From Macrostomum lignano (taxonomy: Eukaryota), in the NCBI GenBank assembly GCA_002269645.1, contig NIVC01000552.1, positions 40,819 to 104,818 of the forward strand: a stretch of DNA of 64,000 nt, read 5' to 3'. Shown one piece after another: positions 59,106-64,000 of this stretch. The position numbers and the translations under genes are program-made. Every line of letters starts with the position of its first letter. Position 1 is the first letter of the stretch. A model generated the notes under the pieces. It saw only the letters and a program-made list of their open reading frames with translations, had not been told where the DNA came from and did no database searches.

Positions 59106-61417
59106 CACCGTGTAACACTATACTTGTCTTTAGGCTAAAATGTTTTTTTCCTATTTGTCATGCCAATATAAAGTAAAAAATAGTATTTTTTATCCCAGAC
59201 TTCGGTTTTAAACATAATACTTCAGCTTAGTGATATTATATAAATATTAAATAAATATTATTATATTAACCTGAACAGATTTTACTATTAGGCTTCATAC
59301 ATCAGCAGATATATCAGAAATGTTTTCCTTGTTGTAATCATAGGAAAAGGCAATCAGAAAGCAATGTTTTTGCGAGCTTTGCGGTTATAGGTCAGGTCAC
59401 TTTCACGCAGAAGGCTCCACACGTAGTCGCCCATCATACTCTCATTGTACTGGCCTTTTGTACCTCTCCTCAAAGTCCTTGATGTCCTGATGGAATCGTT
59501 CTCCTTGTTCTTCTGAGTAGTCACCCATGTTGCGGCAAAGGACGTCCAGATGAGAATGAAGCATATGTAACTTTAGTGACATGCGACAGCCCATTCTTCT
59601 GTACGACTCAATCAGGTCCTCAATGAGCTTCTTATAGTTGGATGCCTTGTGGTTACCAAGGAAGCCCTGCACAACTGCGACGAAGCTTCTCCATGCAGTT
59701 CGCTCAGTTCTGGAGAGCTTGCTTGGAAAGTCATCCGAATCAATCAGTTGCTTCACTTGCGGCCCAACAAAAACTCCAGCCTTGACCTTTGCCTCCGAAA
59801 GCCTTGGAAACAAGTGTTGTAAGTACTCAAAAGCTGAGCCTGTCTGATCCAACTGCTTCACAAACTGCTTGATCAGTCCGAGCTTCATGTGCAATGGTGG
59901 CATAAGCACTTTTGCTAGATCGATTAGTGGATCGTACTTGACGTTGTGTGAGCCAACTAAATACTCCAATCTCAGCGGCCAGTTGCGCTTGCGGTAGTGG
60001 TTGCTCGTATCTCGGCTGTCCCAGAGGCAGATGTAGCATGGGTACTTGGTAAAGCCACCTTGAAGTCCCATCAACAGGCCAATCATTTTAAAGTCACCGA
60101 TGATATCCCAGTTGAACTGACTGTACTTCAGAGCATCCAACAGTACCTTTAGATTAAAGTGCTCTTCCTTCATCTGCACCGAGTGAGCCAGAGGAATGGA
60201 CGGCAGCCGGTTGGTGTTGTGGAGCAGCACAACCTTCAGACTTCTGCAGGAACTGTCAATGAACAGACGCCATTGGTCTGTGATGCAAGGAACTTTCATA
60301 GCTTCGAAGAGACCTTTGACATCATGACAGTAGCAGAATCTGTCCTCAAGCGTAAAAAAAGCTGAGAATTCCCGATGTCGCTCTCGCTGAAAAGTAACGC
60401 GAACACTGTCATCAAGCAGATCCCACTGCTTCCGGCGCGAGATGAGCAACTCCGCATTGGACTTGGTCAAAGAGAGATCTCGGACAAGGTCGTTAATGTC
60501 CTGTTGCTTTGGATAGTATGGAGATCTCGTGACAGTGTGAGTCCGGCGTCTTCTGCAGCCTGATGATGGAGCAACCTCTTCTTCAGACTCATCTGAGTAG
60601 ACATCTTCTTCTGTAGATGCCGCCTGGGGAGGCTGAGGTACAGGCAGGTGGCTGGCATTGTGAGAAACAGGTGCCATTGACGACGGAATGTCAGGGTAAC
60701 TGATTGGGGTTGCATTCTTCCCCTTGCGCCTCTTGGTTGGGTCTACCATGCAGAAGAAGCAGTCATTTAGGTGATCTGTTGGCTCTCGCCACACTCTAGG
60801 AATAGCGAAGGGCATTGCTCGCTTTTCCCCTCTGTACCAGCCTTCAAGTGTGCGGCAGCAGTACTCGCAGATCACATGCGGAGCCCAGGGCTTGTTTTGG
60901 TCACCTACTGGCATACCAAAGTACGTCTGATACGCTTGTTTTGCCACAGCACGCCCATCTAGCTTGTGTTTCTTTGCTGACTTGGCAAAGAATTCGCCAC
61001 ACACATAGCAGAAGCTGTCCGCTCCGTACTTACATCCCCTTGAAGCCATGGTGTCAGCAACAATAACGTTGAACGATTCGTTTTGAAACGAATGGCTGCA
61101 ATGAGTAGCATACATATACCACGTTGTTAGCAAATGAACAAATCAACACACAGGCATACCAATATATGACTTAACATGCACTCTAGAGCATCTACTGTTG
61201 AAAAAAGTATTCAGTGAATGAAAAAAGCAAATCAAAAGGAAAAAACATAGCTTTTAGCATATACAAAACACATAATCTCAAATAACTGAAGTCAGGCTTG
61301 CCAACCCAAAGTTTTTAAGCAATCAGCGATTAAATTGGGTTCAGTAGTTGACCTAGACTAAGAAAAAGCGATTTTTCAATGAAAGACAAGATTTTTATTT
61401 ATTTTTGTTACACGGTG
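59106..61417 (-). mobile_element. Chapaev3-like (CMC superfamily) DNA transposon
   Basis: 12-bp perfect TIRs caccgtgtaaca / tgttacacggtg, plus a subterminal cttgtcttt match. Flanks att/atg. Contains a transposase ORF. Confidence 0.8.
59354..61049 (-). CDS. Chapaev3-like transposase (one +1 frameshift near 59458)
   Basis: N-terminal Chapa-type finger 'FCYVCG...DQNKPWAPHVIC..C...WREP.DH..DC.FC'; core 'WRLFIDSS', 'GDFKM...YPCYICLWDSR', 'PPLHMKLG', 'KLHMLHSH', 'SEEQGERFHQD'. The expected C-terminus 'GQYNESMMGDYVWSLLRE...F*' is in the next frame. Confidence 0.85.
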
Positions 61418-61599
61418 ATGTTTCAATAACCAGCTGAATTGTCCGATCCGTGCCCAAGTGCCCCAGTACAGTACATCTAACTACCGAGTCCTATACTATA
61501 CATGTACATGTACCTTTCACGTCGATCTCGAATGCAAGAGCGAAAGCTTGTAAGTGACGGAAATCATTAATCAATGCAAGAGGAATTGAAGCAATGCCA

Positions 61600-61825
61600 G
61601 AGGAGGGATGGTTTTGGATGGTTTGGAGGCCGAGACGTTGGAGCACGTCATGGAGTGCCCCTCCACGCGCAGCCTTAGGGAGAAGCGGGACCCGCACGAG
61701 AGCACGAGAGCGGAGACCAGGAGAATGCGACTGACTTCTGGAAGAAGATTCGCCTGGAAGGAAATCACTAGCTATAGTGGCGGCTTGATGCAGGCACACA
61801 CACAAACACAACAGCAATAAAAACA
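61600..61825 (+). mobile_element. Possible 3' end fragment of a non-LTR element
   Basis: 'ETLEHVMECP' resembles the C-terminal CCHC of LINE ORF2, followed by a stop and an A-rich tail. Confidence 0.3.
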
Positions 61826-61915
61826 ATTTTTTTGTTTGTCTTAACCCTGCGGCTAATCCTTCCTTTAATTTCGTTCTCTTATAATTTATTCAGTCTACTT
61901 TATCCTAGCTACTTA

Positions 61916-63565
<1,650 letters not shown>

Positions 63566-64000
63566 TCAGAAACTATAAGACTTTACAAATTCTTCGAACT
63601 AAGGCTTCTAAAACGAGTTTTATAATAGGTGAAACTGAAAAAAATCTCTTCAAAAACAAAGTTACTGAAGCAGATTTCAAAGTTTCCTCGACCCAATATT
63701 CGCCAAACGATTTTTAACAAATATTTCTTGGAAATTTTTTTACACTGCACTGTCCCTTCTGAAAAAAGCTAATTTTAACTATCAAAATATACACAAAACA
63801 AGGCTAAAAGTACAACCAAATCCAGTTTATCTTTTTCCCAAGGACCCTTCTCTGCCACTGAATCCAATCGAAATCCCGGTCTTGACAGCTTTGCCATTCT
63901 TTTAGCTTTTCTAGACTTTTCCAGACTATTCGCAATAAAAATCGAGGCCAAAAAACTGAATATAAGACTTTCTAAGTATATTTTACCATGGCAACCATCT

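Overview
Eukaryotic (metazoan) genomic DNA, very rich in tandem repeats. The invertebrate origin is inferred from gene content and style; it resembles the flatworm Macrostomum, but that cannot be confirmed from sequence alone. I reconstructed three host genes by hand. (1) A + strand GRAM-domain tail-anchored protein, GRAMD2/3-like: exons 20783-27143 are secure, and candidate 5' exons lie at 3304, 18792 and 20624. (2) A convergent - strand DENND4/CRAG-like Rab GEF: 10 coding exons, 52074 to 31630, giving 5169 nt or 1722 aa with all intron phases consistent. (3) A small secreted WSC + PAN/Apple protein with 2 exons at 62066-63559. Mobile elements: a very young, full-length Ty3/gypsy LTR retrotransposon (3944-12508) with 577-bp LTRs differing at one base, a -1 frameshift site and an unexplained non-env third ORF, inserted inside a (TTAG)n microsatellite; a Penelope-like element with long inverted pseudo-LTRs carrying hammerhead-ribozyme motifs (49210-51285); a near-intact Chapaev3-like DNA transposon (59106-61417); a decayed hAT; an RTE-like LINE fragment; and a tRNA-SINE. 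The most striking structure is that almost every sizeable intron holds its own private micro- or minisatellite. These arrays often start within tens of bases of the exon edge, and many units contain splice-site or transcription-factor consensus motifs.
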